Assembly (NCBI GenBank): GCA_035438705.1
Contig: DAORIV010000003.1
Span: 4,699-68,698, forward strand
Origin: Parcubacteria group bacterium
Lineage (GTDB): Bacteria > Patescibacteriota > Minisyncoccia > Phycocordibacterales > DATDWN01
Direction of reading: 5' to 3'
DNA length: 64,000 nucleotides
Shown here piece after piece: positions 20,878 to 31,955 of the stretch; the stretch's first letter is position 1, and each line of letters begins with the position of its first letter. The translations under genes were made by a program, and so were the position numbers. A model generated the notes under the pieces. That model did not search any database and was not told the DNA's origin. It worked only from the letters and a program-made list of their open reading frames with translations.

Positions 20878-21099
20878 TTAATTTTTTGAATTCATTATTT
20901 CTTCAATTTTACTCTTTTCTCTTTTTAGTGCTTCAATCCGAGATTTGAGAGAATCGTCATACCTATCCTCTAAAGTTTGAATCTCTGTCTCCAAAGCCTT
21001 AATTTGTCCTTGCAAATCCTCTCCACCCACTTCAACTGCCCCACTCTCAACAACTTCTATTTCTGGAACATCATTTTGAAATATTTCTCCTTCATTCAT
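20878..21099 (-). CDS. Small acidic coiled-coil hypothetical protein
   Basis: 73-aa ORF followed by a terminator at 20846-20876. Confidence 0.6.
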   Translation of the reverse strand: MNEGEIFQNDVPEIEVVESGAVEVGGEDLQGQIKALETEIQTLEDRYDDSLKSRIEALKREKSKIEEIMNSKN

Positions 21100-21261
21100 A
21101 GTTTTATTTATTATTGTTAATCACACTTGCTGTCTGACTACTATTTATATTCTGTTGTGCTTCATATAGTCGTGCAGCCAACAAAATAATTATGCTCGTA
21201 CATATTATAGCAATAAAGCCAAGTAAAAACTTAAAGAAATCTCTGTCGAAGTATTTCAACA

Positions 21262-21954
21262 TTAGTTTAAGTTTTTCTTAAAGTCTGATAATGCCGGATC
21301 GTTAGGTATAACTTTCAAGCCTTGCTCAATTATCGCTTTTGCTTTAGAAATATCCCCAAATACATCTCTATACGCCTCAGCAAGTTGAATGTAAAGATAT
21401 GTTTGTTTTGGATCTTTTGATATAGCCTCTTTGTAATACATTTCGGCCATGGCATTATCCTTCAAATGATATGCATACAAGAAACCTAAGTTACCACGAG
21501 ATATAAAATCTGTTGGAGCTTTTTCACTTACATATTTCCAAGATATTTTCGCCCCCTCATAGTCACCTGCCATTTTTTGGTACATACCAAGATCTATCCA
21601 AGGCAAAAGTTTATTTGGATCAGCTTTTATTTGTGTTTGAAGTCCAACTATTTTTGAAGTAATCATTGTTTTTACTTCTGGAGTAAAAACTAGCTTACTA
21701 TCAAAAACTACTGCCCTGTTTAAATCTGGTACAGGAATTTTTTTAACATTTTCAGTTATTGGAACTTGTTCTATGGTGTAATTCGGATTATTTTTACTTA
21801 ATTCATCTATTATTACTTGTTCAGTTGTGCTTGCGTTTGTATTTTCAGTTTCAGTTTTATTTGTTTTTTTATTCATAACCATATACACACCCAATATAAG
21901 TATTACAATAAAAACTATTAACGAAATCACTTTTTGTGTTTTTGTCATTTCCAT
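21262..21954 (-). CDS. Membrane-anchored TPR protein
   Basis: TM helix; TPR-like WIDLGMYQKMAGDYEGA and YIQLAEAY. Confidence 0.85.
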   Translation of the reverse strand: MEMTKTQKVISLIVFIVILILGVYMVMNKKTNKTETENTNASTTEQVIIDELSKNNPNYTIEQVPITENVKKIPVPDLNRAVVFDSKLVFTPEVKTMITSKIVGLQTQIKADPNKLLPWIDLGMYQKMAGDYEGAKISWKYVSEKAPTDFISRGNLGFLYAYHLKDNAMAEMYYKEAISKDPKQTYLYIQLAEAYRDVFGDISKAKAIIEQGLKVIPNDPALSDFKKNLN

Positions 21955-22136
21955 CCCGTTTGAAATAGGAGATCACTTATATATTGATGACCCCTTAGTT
22001 GATAGTTAAACTTAACTGAATAATTTTGATATTGATCTCCGCTATTTCTTACGGGATCCATATTCAGAATATTAGCATATTTTTATATAACAAAAAACCA
22101 CCCATTGGGTGGTTTTTTGAAACACTAATCTAAGTA

Positions 22137-25100
22137 TTAGTTAGATCTTGTTTGGATTAGGCCTGAAGCAGATAGGCCTGGTAGACCGTATCCGTTTGAC
22201 CAGTCAGCATCGAACAATCCTGATGTAGATGTAGCGTTACCTGACCATACGAAGTTACTTGTTGAAGTAGCTGCAGATGATGTAGATACGTTATATCCTG
22301 GAGTCAAGTTTGTTTGGTAAGCTGAGTCACCTAGAAGTGTTGCCACTACTGATGAACCTGTAGTTACACCAGATACTGAACCCTTAAGCTCGAAGTATAC
22401 TGTTGAACCAGCTGAAACTTGAACTGGAGAAATTGAACCAAGTGATGGTGCAATTGCAAATGCAGTTCCGTTTGTAGCTGTTGATACAGTTGATCCGATT
22501 TGACCTGATGTACCTTGACCAGAAACTGGTGAAGAGTATGAAGCATCAGTGTATCCGAACAATTGTATGTTTGTAACTGTAGCTGATGTTGTTGATAGAG
22601 TGAACTTGAATTGAGAAACTCCGATAGAGCCGTTTGAATTAGCTGTAACTTTGAATCTCATTAGTCTTCCATCAGCAATACCTGTTGATGCTAGTGTATC
22701 AAGCGCTAGAACTGGGTATGACTTGAATAGTCTTAGACCAGCAACAGATGTTGAACCTGTAGCGTTGATTGTTGAACCAGAACCAACTCCTGTACCTTGA
22801 GTACCTGTTGAGTCTGAACCGTTAAAGTCAACTCTGATTAGACTTCCCTGTGTTCCAGGTTGTGAAGTTCCAACTGAAGCTGTATCTACTTTAACTGTTA
22901 GAGTCTTGTCAGCATCCTTAGGTAGAGAAACTGGAGTTGCAAATGTTGATGTAGCGTATGCACTTGTTCCAGTGAATACTGCTGAACCAATTTGAACAGC
23001 ACCGTCCCAGATAGAAACTGAAACTAGATCAGCTGATGAGCCAGATGTTAGTTTTAGTCCTAGTCTGTTTAGGTTAACTCCTTCGTTTGTAGCTCTGAAC
23101 TTCAATACTGCTGCTGTTGATCCTGTTGAACCAGCTGCAACAACTCCGTATGAAGGAGATGAAGAATCTGTAGATACAACTAGAGAACCTGTTCCAACAG
23201 TCATTGTAGAACCTGCTGCGTTAGTAACTGTCTCTGAAACATCATTTGATGAAGTTACTCCAGTTACTGTTATTGATGGAGATGATAGTCCCCATGCTAG
23301 TGTTCCAGAAGCTGCTGAAGTCACATTACATTTTAGTGCAAGTGTCTTAACAGTTCCCTTTGTTACAACTAGAGATTGATCTAGTGTAAATGTATTGTTT
23401 CCTGTTGCTGAAGGATTAACAACATTTGAACCTGTGTTCAATGCTACTGATCCATCAAACAATTGACATGAGTTTACATGAGAAGCACTTACTGATGCTG
23501 ACAATGATAGTGGGATAGAAGAGAATCTTACATCCTCACCAGATTGTGAAGCATCGAATTGGAAGTTACTAAATGTAAATCCTTGTGCACCAGCTACGAT
23601 ACTTTGAGCAGCTGGAGTTGCAGAAACTCTTATATCAAGAGCTGCAGCTCTAACTGTCATAGTGTTCATAGTGAATACAGCGTTTGTCAAAGTTAGGTTG
23701 TTACCTGTTGTTTGACCTGTAACGTTTGTCCAATCAGATGAAGGTGTTGTTGATGCAACAATTGTTGAATTGTTTGACAAAGTTGAAGGAAGTTTACCCT
23801 TTAGAGTATATGTCTTCATTCCAACTGGGTATGTAATTGTATCTGTGAATGTTACTTTTTGTGCAACACCACCTACGTTTACTGCATCAACTGGTCCTGC
23901 AACTACTGCACCGTTTTGATCAACGATTGAAACGTTTGTCAAAAGGTTTGAAGAAGCAGCTACACCAGCATTGTAGTTAAACCAGAATACAGCACTTTGT
24001 ACTGAGATTGGTTCACCCTTGATGTCTGTTTGGTATCCTCCAAGTACTTGGTTAGGAACGTTAAGTGCTACGTTTTGAGCAGCTACTGAAGTTGCCTTTT
24101 GGATAGTTGTTACTGATCCACCAGATACTGTTACTAGAGAACCTGAGAAGAATGGTGTACCTGTTGTAAATTCAGAACCTGTTGTTACTGAACCAGTTGA
24201 ACCTGGAGTTGGTGTTATACCATATCCATAAGTTACACCTGATACATAAACATCAGTGTTTCTGTAAATATCAAATTGTACTGTTCTTCCTGAAGCTCCT
24301 GATCCAACGATATCTCCTTGGATGTAAACATCCTTAGAAAGACCTTTGTCTAGAAGAATTCCACCAGGGAAGTTAGCAGAGAAATACTTACCATCAGAAG
24401 AAACTTCTGTTGGATAAGATGTTCCATCTACATAAACCATTACATTAGCAAGGTCGTTTGCTGAAGCAGAACCTGTTTGGTTCCATCTTACTGACCAAAG
24501 TTTAACTTGCTCTGCTGAGCCAGCTGTAACTCTGATACCAGCAAATTTGTATGCTGTTGTACCAATTTCTTTTGTTTGAGCTGTGTTTGGATCAAATGAA
24601 GAAACTGCTAGTTGTGATGTTCCAAGTGTTAATGAAGCGTTAACAGTGTGTTGAGCACCTGTTACTGGAAGTGATCCAGCAACTGAAGCTGAAGTGTTAA
24701 CTGCGATAACATTTAGTCCTCCAACTTGTCCTGCATATGAAGACAATGAAGAATTCATGTTACCTGCTACAGTAACAGTTTGTGAAGTACCAGCTTTGAT
24801 CACCCAAGGCTCACCTACCATTGCTTGGTGGTTTGAGTTAAGTGTCTTTGCGATACCAATTTGTGTTCCATCACTCTTTAGTAGAACAACTCCTGACAAT
24901 GCAGCGTCTTGCATTAGTCCAACTCTTTCAACTGTCAATGAATTAACAGTTACATCAGATGAACCAGCTGTAAGAACAACTGTAGTGAAAGGAACTCTTG
25001 AAGCACTTTGTGGTGCTAGAGAGTTAGCAGGTTGTGAACCAGCTGAAACTGTAAGTGATCCACCTTGTGGATTACCTGGAGTAACTGGAGTTGTAACAAC

Positions 25101-25553
25101 TGAATTCATTGAATTCAATTTTGCTCTAGTTATAGCTCCTACATATCCAGCAGCTGGAGTAATTCCATATTTATTTTGGAATTTGATTACAGCAGCTTTT
25201 GTAGCTGGACCGAAAGTTGAAGTCTCCATACCTGGTGAACCAGCGCCTGTAGATGCAACTTTTGTGTCAGCACTCATGTTAAGAACCTTTTGTAGATTCA
25301 TAACATCAGTACCCTTACTACCAACTGTTAAATTTGTGTTGAATGTGTAGCCAGTTGAAGCTGTACTACCACCCGTTGTTGCTGAAAGTTGTGCTTGTAG
25401 CGCTGAAATAGTCGCTAGCAAACTGTTGATTTGAGCTTGTAGGTCAGTTGCTGATTGAGCACTTGCAAGTGCTGGTACAAATGCACCAGCTGCCATTGCG
25501 ATACCTACAAAACCAGATACCAACTTTGCAGTTGTTGATTTTGTTAAATTCAT
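22137..25553 (-). CDS. S-layer-like large surface protein with a peptidoglycan-binding domain
   Basis: Signal peptide; coiled coil LQAQINSLL; PG-binding motif LTVGSKGTDVMNLQKVL..FGPATKAAVIKFQ; S/T/G-rich; strongly biased codons. Confidence 0.8.
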   Translation of the reverse strand: MNLTKSTTAKLVSGFVGIAMAAGAFVPALASAQSATDLQAQINSLLATISALQAQLSATTGGSTASTGYTFNTNLTVGSKGTDVMNLQKVLNMSADTKVASTGAGSPGMETSTFGPATKAAVIKFQNKYGITPAAGYVGAITRAKLNSMNSVVTTPVTPGNPQGGSLTVSAGSQPANSLAPQSASRVPFTTVVLTAGSSDVTVNSLTVERVGLMQDAALSGVVLLKSDGTQIGIAKTLNSNHQAMVGEPWVIKAGTSQTVTVAGNMNSSLSSYAGQVGGLNVIAVNTSASVAGSLPVTGAQHTVNASLTLGTSQLAVSSFDPNTAQTKEIGTTAYKFAGIRVTAGSAEQVKLWSVRWNQTGSASANDLANVMVYVDGTSYPTEVSSDGKYFSANFPGGILLDKGLSKDVYIQGDIVGSGASGRTVQFDIYRNTDVYVSGVTYGYGITPTPGSTGSVTTGSEFTTGTPFFSGSLVTVSGGSVTTIQKATSVAAQNVALNVPNQVLGGYQTDIKGEPISVQSAVFWFNYNAGVAASSNLLTNVSIVDQNGAVVAGPVDAVNVGGVAQKVTFTDTITYPVGMKTYTLKGKLPSTLSNNSTIVASTTPSSDWTNVTGQTTGNNLTLTNAVFTMNTMTVRAAALDIRVSATPAAQSIVAGAQGFTFSNFQFDASQSGEDVRFSSIPLSLSASVSASHVNSCQLFDGSVALNTGSNVVNPSATGNNTFTLDQSLVVTKGTVKTLALKCNVTSAASGTLAWGLSSPSITVTGVTSSNDVSETVTNAAGSTMTVGTGSLVVSTDSSSPSYGVVAAGSTGSTAAVLKFRATNEGVNLNRLGLKLTSGSSADLVSVSIWDGAVQIGSAVFTGTSAYATSTFATPVSLPKDADKTLTVKVDTASVGTSQPGTQGSLIRVDFNGSDSTGTQGTGVGSGSTINATGSTSVAGLRLFKSYPVLALDTLASTGIADGRLMRFKVTANSNGSIGVSQFKFTLSTTSATVTNIQLFGYTDASYSSPVSGQGTSGQIGSTVSTATNGTAFAIAPSLGSISPVQVSAGSTVYFELKGSVSGVTTGSSVVATLLGDSAYQTNLTPGYNVSTSSAATSTSNFVWSGNATSTSGLFDADWSNGYGLPGLSASGLIQTRSN

Positions 25554-26034
25554 ATATATGTTTTTAATGAAACAAACTCTTCTATTGCTATTAATAATAT
25601 TTTTAGAAGAAGTTTGGGAAACGATTAACTACTTAATAATTTTCAGATGTGATCGTGTCTATGTTTGCAAATTGTTTTTTACACAACTTACAAACATTTT
25701 CCACGACCACATCTTTCATACTAACCCAAGATTTTAATTGTTTTGTTTTGCATTCAACATTGCCTTTATTTCAAAATAAATTTGAAATAAAAACGTACTG
25801 ACACAAACCAAATCGACACAAAAATGTTTGGGTAGATGGCATTTTTATTTTGAATTTCTGAAGTACTGAAAAAAGGAATAAATCTGAAAGTCAGAAATGA
25901 AACTGTAGACACTCTTTAAACAGTGCCTAAATTTGTGATCCATATTTAGTTGTCAAAAAACAATCAATTCAGAAATTGGAAAGTATATACAGCATTACAA
26001 CGTATATGAAGTATGAACCTCATATACATTACAC

Positions 26035-26080
26035 ATTATATATACTAGCCTTGGACTTTCAAATCTATTCGTGTGGATAA
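26035..26080 (-). promoter_or_regulatory. Promoter of the S-layer-like gene with a DnaA-box-like 9-mer
   Basis: TTGAAA-N16-TATAAT on the minus strand; TTATCCACA (minus) at 26072-26080. Confidence 0.55.
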
Positions 26081-26195
26081 CTTTAAATAATAAGCCCTAT
26101 TTTTCATAAAATTACAAAAAAATGGACCAAAATTCAAAAAAATACACACACGGGAAGGTTATCAAAAAATACGCAAAAAGTCAATTTGAACAAGA

Positions 26196-26918
26196 CTAAT
26201 TTTTTATAGAATATCTACTCCATCTTCTCTCTCCAGTTTTGAGAATTATTCCAGCTTCGATAAGTGATATAAGCTCTCTTTGAATGGTTTTTTCACTTAC
26301 GTCTTTTATCACAAGAGAAATATCTTTTATCGTAAGATCCTTCTTTTTCTTAAGTAGACCGAGGATGATTCCTTGACGATTGTTACTTTTGAAGCCTCCA
26401 TTGTCCTTTACAATTGAACTGTCTTTAAAAGAAGATGTTTCTCTGATAAATGTATTTTGAGGAGTATAATTTTGAGTGCTACCGAAAAATTCTTTGGGCA
26501 ATATTTCATTAGAATAATCAGTCTTTGATGTATGATTAAAAAGTTCTAGAAGTCTACCAAATTCTTCTTTAATAACTGTAAAGTTCATTTTAGAAATAAG
26601 TCCAGCGAGTAGTGACACTTCCAACAAAGAAACTATTTCTGAAACTCTTGTTTTAATATTGTGGAAAAAGTTTGGAAGCTCAGATTGTCTTATGTCTTTA
26701 TAAGTTATTGTAAAAGACAAAAGTTCAGAGACTTTTTTTCTTAAAGTCCATTTCATTGGTTCATTATCAGACAGTAGATTTGTTATCAAATAGACAGCGG
26801 AAGCAAGTTTCTCTGTCTTTTTACAAATAAAGATGAAGTCACTCCCACCTTCAAAAAATGACTTAATATCTGTATTGTTTGAGCTATTTGCAATGTTATT
26901 ATTTTCTGGGTTTTCCAT
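26196..26918 (-). CDS. Helical-bundle protein with a C-terminal DeoR-type winged helix
   Basis: C-terminal RQGIILGLL...VSEKTIQRELISL...GERRWSRY. Confidence 0.75.
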   Translation of the reverse strand: MENPENNNIANSSNNTDIKSFFEGGSDFIFICKKTEKLASAVYLITNLLSDNEPMKWTLRKKVSELLSFTITYKDIRQSELPNFFHNIKTRVSEIVSLLEVSLLAGLISKMNFTVIKEEFGRLLELFNHTSKTDYSNEILPKEFFGSTQNYTPQNTFIRETSSFKDSSIVKDNGGFKSNNRQGIILGLLKKKKDLTIKDISLVIKDVSEKTIQRELISLIEAGIILKTGERRWSRYSIKN

Positions 26919-27185
26919 ATTTTGTACTTTATATGACTTTTGAGTCTTTTTAAGTCTTTAAATGGTGTATTTTATATGTCCTTATTGTCTTATATAATAC
27001 CATACTGTCCTTTATCAAGTCAAGTGTCTTTATAAATATATCAGTAAAAGACTATTGTTTGCAAGTGCTGTCTTTGTGGTTTATCTAACCATATTTGTTT
27101 GTGTATTTATGGCTATATTTTCTAGTGTATAATGTCTTAGTAACACATAGGACTTATTAGTAATAATTTGATAAAATTAACAGAA

Positions 27186-29411
27186 ATGTCACGACAAAGT
27201 AAGAAAGATAAAAAGGTTCGTTCAAAAGATAATCTGGATGAAGAAAGTGGTGGTGAAAGACTACTAAAAGAAGAGACTGTAAGAGCAATTGTTGCGGTAA
27301 TATTCTTTGTTTTTTCTGTGTTTTTCACACTTTCCGCATTTAATAAAGGGGGTATTGTAGGCGAAAAATCTTTCCATGGACTATCTTTCCTGTTTGGTGT
27401 TGGTTTCTATATACTGCCTATACTATTTTTGATTCTCTCTATTTCATTTTTTAGAACACTGCACAAAAAACTTGCCCTTACTCACAGCATTGGAGGATTA
27501 ATATTTTTTACCTCCTCTCTCTCATTAATAAATATTAGTATGCCTGAAAAAGGGGGTGTTGTTGGTAAATTTATATCTAACCCACTTATTAACTTATTTG
27601 ATACTTATGCAAGTGTAGTAATACTTATTGCACTAATAACCATTTCATTAATTGTTATATTTGATGCACCTCTAAGACTGTCATTCCTTGGGAACCTCTT
27701 TAAAAAGAAAGACAAGATCGAAGAAGAGGAAGATGGTTCTCCTGAACTACTTATCTCAAACGCAGAGCAACTTGGGATAACTCCAAAGGAATTGAAAGCT
27801 ATGGCCAATGAACCTTTAACTAAAACGACTGAAGCACAAGTTAAAAAAGAGGAAGTTGAAGTTAAAAAGGATGAGTTTGGAATTAATCCCCTTTTGTGGA
27901 ATGGAAAAGAATTCACCCCTCCTCCACTATCTTTACTTTCTCAAGACAAAGGCAAGCCTGGAGTTGGTGATATCAAATCTAACTCAAATATAATAAAAAG
28001 AACTCTGCAAAACTTCGGTATTAATGTTGAAATGGATGAAATATCAATTGGACCATCTATTACAAGGTATGCATTAAAACCTGCAGAAGGTGTAAAACTA
28101 TCTAGAATACTTGGTTTACAGAACGATCTTTCCCTAGCTCTAGCTGCACACCCAATTAGAATTGAAGCCCCAATACCCGGCAAATCTCTAGTAGGTATTG
28201 AAATCCCAAACACAACCAAAACCAAAGTTGGTCTTGGACCCCTACTAGCGTCAAATGAATTCCAGAATTCTGAAATGCCACTTCTTATGAGTCTTGGTAA
28301 AGGAACTTCTGGTTCTTCTTTCTATGCAAACTTAGCAAAGTCACCTCACCTTCTAATAGCTGGAACAACTGGATCAGGAAAATCAATTACCATCCACGCA
28401 TTAATTACATCTCTTTTGTACAGAAATTCTCCAGACAATCTAAAATTTATAATGGTTGATCCAAAAAGAGTTGAACTTACTCTTTACAACAAAATACCCC
28501 ACTTACTTACACCTGTAATAACAGACGCAAAGAAAACCATCTTGGCTCTTAAATGGGCAGCTAAAGAAATGGATAGAAGATATGAAATACTCCAAAAACA
28601 CAGTCTGCAGAATATAGCTTCTTATCATAAAAATGTTTTAGAGCCAGCTATTAAAAAAATGGAAAAGGACAGAGGTGCATCTGAAGATGGTGAACCTAAA
28701 ACAGAAACAATGCCTTACATCGTAATTGTAGTTGATGAGTTGGCTGATATTATGCAAGCATATCCTCGTGAACTAGAATCTGCGATAGTGAGACTGGCTC
28801 AAATGTCCCGTGCTGTCGGAATTCACTTAATACTTTCTACACAAAGACCTTCAGTTAATGTTATTACTGGTCTTATTAAAGCAAACATACCTTCAAGAAT
28901 CGCTCTTCAAGTAGCAAGTCAAATAGATTCAAGAACAATTCTTGATATGCCGGGCGCTGAGAAACTTCTTGGTGCCGGAGACATGCTTTACCTTTCTGGA
29001 GAGATGAGTCAACCACAGAGAATTCAATCTGCTTTTATTTCTGAAAATGAAGTTAAGGATGTGGTAAAATTCCTCGCACAAGGTTATGAAAATGATATTC
29101 CGAGTGAAATTAATCTTGATGCAAATAACAATAACGTCAAAAACAGTATCTTCGAAGCAACTCTAGACGATGAAAAAATGGAAGAAGAGGATGATTTGTA
29201 TGAAGAAGCTAAACAGACAGTACTAGAAGCCGGCAAAGCTAGTACATCTTATCTACAAAGAAAGCTTGGGGTTGGATACGCCAGAGCAGCAAGACTAATT
29301 GATATTCTAGAGGAAAGAGGTGTTGTTGGTCCTGGCTCAGGTGCAAAACCTAGAGAGGTCTTCGGTGCTAGTCCTACCTCAAACGACGAGGACACAGGAG
29401 AAACTGTATGA
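27186..29411 (+). CDS. ftsK: DNA translocase FtsK
   Basis: 4TM N-terminus; PHLLIAGTTGSGKS; VDELAD; gamma domain STSYLQRKLGVGYARAARL. Confidence 0.96.
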   Translation: MSRQSKKDKKVRSKDNLDEESGGERLLKEETVRAIVAVIFFVFSVFFTLSAFNKGGIVGEKSFHGLSFLFGVGFYILPILFLILSISFFRTLHKKLALTHSIGGLIFFTSSLSLINISMPEKGGVVGKFISNPLINLFDTYASVVILIALITISLIVIFDAPLRLSFLGNLFKKKDKIEEEEDGSPELLISNAEQLGITPKELKAMANEPLTKTTEAQVKKEEVEVKKDEFGINPLLWNGKEFTPPPLSLLSQDKGKPGVGDIKSNSNIIKRTLQNFGINVEMDEISIGPSITRYALKPAEGVKLSRILGLQNDLSLALAAHPIRIEAPIPGKSLVGIEIPNTTKTKVGLGPLLASNEFQNSEMPLLMSLGKGTSGSSFYANLAKSPHLLIAGTTGSGKSITIHALITSLLYRNSPDNLKFIMVDPKRVELTLYNKIPHLLTPVITDAKKTILALKWAAKEMDRRYEILQKHSLQNIASYHKNVLEPAIKKMEKDRGASEDGEPKTETMPYIVIVVDELADIMQAYPRELESAIVRLAQMSRAVGIHLILSTQRPSVNVITGLIKANIPSRIALQVASQIDSRTILDMPGAEKLLGAGDMLYLSGEMSQPQRIQSAFISENEVKDVVKFLAQGYENDIPSEINLDANNNNVKNSIFEATLDDEKMEEEDDLYEEAKQTVLEAGKASTSYLQRKLGVGYARAARLIDILEERGVVGPGSGAKPREVFGASPTSNDEDTGETV

Positions 29412-29755
29412 GAAATGTAACTATTCTTCGCAAATTTCTACTTTATTCGTTTTTCGTAATTATTATACTCTATTCCCTTTTTCAAGCACAAAAAATAATT
29501 AAAGGTCCTAGTATTGAAATATTTAATCCGAAAAGTGGAGCTACCTACAGCCAGACTTTGATAGAAGTAGAAGGAATGGCCAAAAATGTTGCATATCTTA
29601 ATATGAATGGACGACCTATATTTACTGATAAAAATGGGTATTTTAAAGAAAAATTCTTATTGTCCCCCGGTTACAATGTCATAAAATTAGATGCTGAAGA
29701 TAAGTTCAAAAAATATACCGAACAAAAACTAGAGATTATACTAAAAGAATACTAG
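29408..29755 (+). CDS. Small membrane-anchored Ig-like protein
   Basis: TM helix; LSPGYNVIKLDAED; overlaps the ftsK stop. Confidence 0.7.
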   Translation: MRNVTILRKFLLYSFFVIIILYSLFQAQKIIKGPSIEIFNPKSGATYSQTLIEVEGMAKNVAYLNMNGRPIFTDKNGYFKEKFLLSPGYNVIKLDAEDKFKKYTEQKLEIILKEY

Positions 29756-29838
29756 TGCCCAACAAGACCTGATGCTAGTCAATTGTATAATTTAATACTA
29801 GGTATAAAATACATTTATTATTATAAACACTTAAAAAC

Positions 29839-30921
29839 ATGATGAAGAAAAAGGCACCAAAAGAGCCGAAAAAAATGATGAGTGATGCGGGAGGTGTAAA
29901 TGTTGAAAATACACTTCGAGAAATTAGAACTAAATTTGGTGATGACTCAATCATGATGCTTGGAGACAAACCTCATGTAGATGTAAATTCAATATCTACT
30001 GGTTCTATTGGATTAGACACAGCACTTGGAGTTGGAGGATTGCCACGTGGAAGAATAATTGAAATTTTTGGTCCTGAATCTTCAGGAAAAACCACCCTAT
30101 CGCTACATGTTGTAGCAGAAGCACAGAAAAAAGGAGGTATATGCGCATTCATTGATGCTGAACATGCTATGGACCCAGAATATGCCCAAAGACTAGGTGT
30201 TAATATAAATCAATTACTCATATCTCAACCAGATAACGGCGAACAAGCTTTGGAAATTGTTGAATCTTTGGTTAGATCAGGAAAATTAGATGTTATTGTC
30301 ATTGACTCTGTTGCAGCCTTAACTCCTAGAGATGAAATCGAGGGAGATATGGGTTCTCACCATGTTGGTAAACAAGCTCGTCTAATGTCACAGGCACTAA
30401 GGAAACTAACTGCGATAGTGGCTAAATCCAAAACAATAGTCATTTTCCTAAACCAAATCCGAATGCAAATAGGTGTTATGTTTGGAAACCCAGAGACTAC
30501 TCCAGGTGGAAAAGCTTTGAAATTCTACACTTCTGTACGTATAGACATACGCCGAATAGCCCAGATAAAAAAGGGTGAAGAAATAATGGGAGGAAGAATA
30601 AGAGTAAAGGTTGTAAAAAACAAAGTCGCTGCTCCTTTCAAACAGACAGAGTTTGATCTAATGTATAACGAAGGAATCTCCCGTGAAGGTGAACTCATCG
30701 CTTTGGGAGAAAAAATGGGAGTCATTACAAAATCTGGAACGAGTTATAGCTTTGGAGAAGAAAAACTTGGGCGTGGATATGATGCAACAAGACAGTTTTT
30801 GAAAGACAAAGCTAACAAAAAAATAGCTGATGCCATCTTAAAGGAGATTCGCTCAGGACTAGATAAGAATGGAGGTTCTGTGGTTGCAAGCTCTGGTAGT
30901 GAATCTGAAAGCTCTGAATAA
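29839..30921 (+). CDS. recA: Recombinase RecA
   Basis: [31 protein letters not shown]. Confidence 0.99.
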   Translation: MMKKKAPKEPKKMMSDAGGVNVENTLREIRTKFGDDSIMMLGDKPHVDVNSISTGSIGLDTALGVGGLPRGRIIEIFGPESSGKTTLSLHVVAEAQKKGGICAFIDAEHAMDPEYAQRLGVNINQLLISQPDNGEQALEIVESLVRSGKLDVIVIDSVAALTPRDEIEGDMGSHHVGKQARLMSQALRKLTAIVAKSKTIVIFLNQIRMQIGVMFGNPETTPGGKALKFYTSVRIDIRRIAQIKKGEEIMGGRIRVKVVKNKVAAPFKQTEFDLMYNEGISREGELIALGEKMGVITKSGTSYSFGEEKLGRGYDATRQFLKDKANKKIADAILKEIRSGLDKNGGSVVASSGSESESSE

Positions 30922-30926
30922 AATAT

Positions 30927-31322
30927 ATGAAATATAATAAAAATAGAGGTTATATAGCACTTATAACCTCTATTTTTATATCTGTAATTCTTTTTTCCAT
31001 TACACTAAAACAAAATATTGATGGTTGGAATAGTAACTATGGAATAATTGAAAATGAATCAAAATTTCAATCCAAGACACTTGCAGAAAGGTGTGTAGAT
31101 GTATCAATAATAAAAATACTAAATGATACTTATGTGGAAGGTACAACAAATTATGATAATGGATCTTGTAAAAGTTTTATCAAAGAAACAAATTCCCCTG
31201 AAATAGGTTTGACTAAATTTAAAACACAAGCAGTAGTAAACAAATCTTTTACAAACATAGAAACTGTTTTAAATCATCAAACAATGAAAATTATTTCAAA
31301 AAAAGAAATACCGAAAATTTAG
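30927..31322 (+). CDS. PilX-like minor pilin
   Basis: RG|YIALITSI class III-like signal. Confidence 0.6.
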   Translation: MKYNKNRGYIALITSIFISVILFSITLKQNIDGWNSNYGIIENESKFQSKTLAERCVDVSIIKILNDTYVEGTTNYDNGSCKSFIKETNSPEIGLTKFKTQAVVNKSFTNIETVLNHQTMKIISKKEIPKI

Positions 31323-31421
31323 CTCGAAACACACAACACAATAGAAAATTTGGTCAACTTGTATATAAAAACAATAGGAGTAAAGTGGTATCAATTAATA
31401 AGTTTGATTAATGTAAATTTT

Positions 31422-31922
31422 ATGAAAAAATTGAAAAAATCAGGTTTTACTCTTATAGAAATACTGATAGTAATAGGTATTATTGCGATCCTTGCCTCAA
31501 TAGTTATCATTGCCATAAACCCGAGTAAACAGTTTGCCCAAGCCAGAAATACTCAAAGACAAGCAGGAGTAAATGCAATATTAAATGCAATAGGTCAAAG
31601 AATAGCCGACAATAAAGGTGTATTTGCTGGAACATTTGCTGTAAACGGTGCAACTTATACATGTGGGCCCCTACCTACTGGAGCAACCACGACAATAACA
31701 ACAACAATGGCAACTGACACCACGACTCAGACTGGGAGCTTGGGGTGCCTTATTCCTACATATATACCCACTCTACCGTCTGACCCTGACTCTACCGTAA
31801 TTCCCCCAGCAACAGGTTTTGATGTCGTAGTAGATGGTTCTGGCAGAACAAAAGTATGTGCCAGTCTGGCCTCAAACGAAACTTCAATACCGAATTCTGG
31901 TCCGATTTGTGTTACTAGATAA
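31422..31922 (+). CDS. Type IV pilin
   Basis: KKSG|FTLIEILIVIGIIAILA. Confidence 0.9.
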   Translation: MKKLKKSGFTLIEILIVIGIIAILASIVIIAINPSKQFAQARNTQRQAGVNAILNAIGQRIADNKGVFAGTFAVNGATYTCGPLPTGATTTITTTMATDTTTQTGSLGCLIPTYIPTLPSDPDSTVIPPATGFDVVVDGSGRTKVCASLASNETSIPNSGPICVTR

Positions 31923-31955
31923 AATTGGTTTTTAGGGTTGATGTATAATTAAAAA

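Noticed and set aside
21125-21182. Riboswitch upstream of 20878..21099
   Set aside because: A stem (GCTG..GACTA/TAGTC..CAGC) is present, but I could not match it to a known aptamer consensus.
24694-25350. 218-aa plus-strand ORF and similar antisense ORFs (562..1044, 5771..6190, 50181..50657)
   Set aside because: Shadows of strongly codon-biased genes on the opposite strand.
26920-27170. oriC at the strand switch before ftsK
   Set aside because: No DnaA-box cluster and no dnaA; gene orientation switches back near 41.3 kb.
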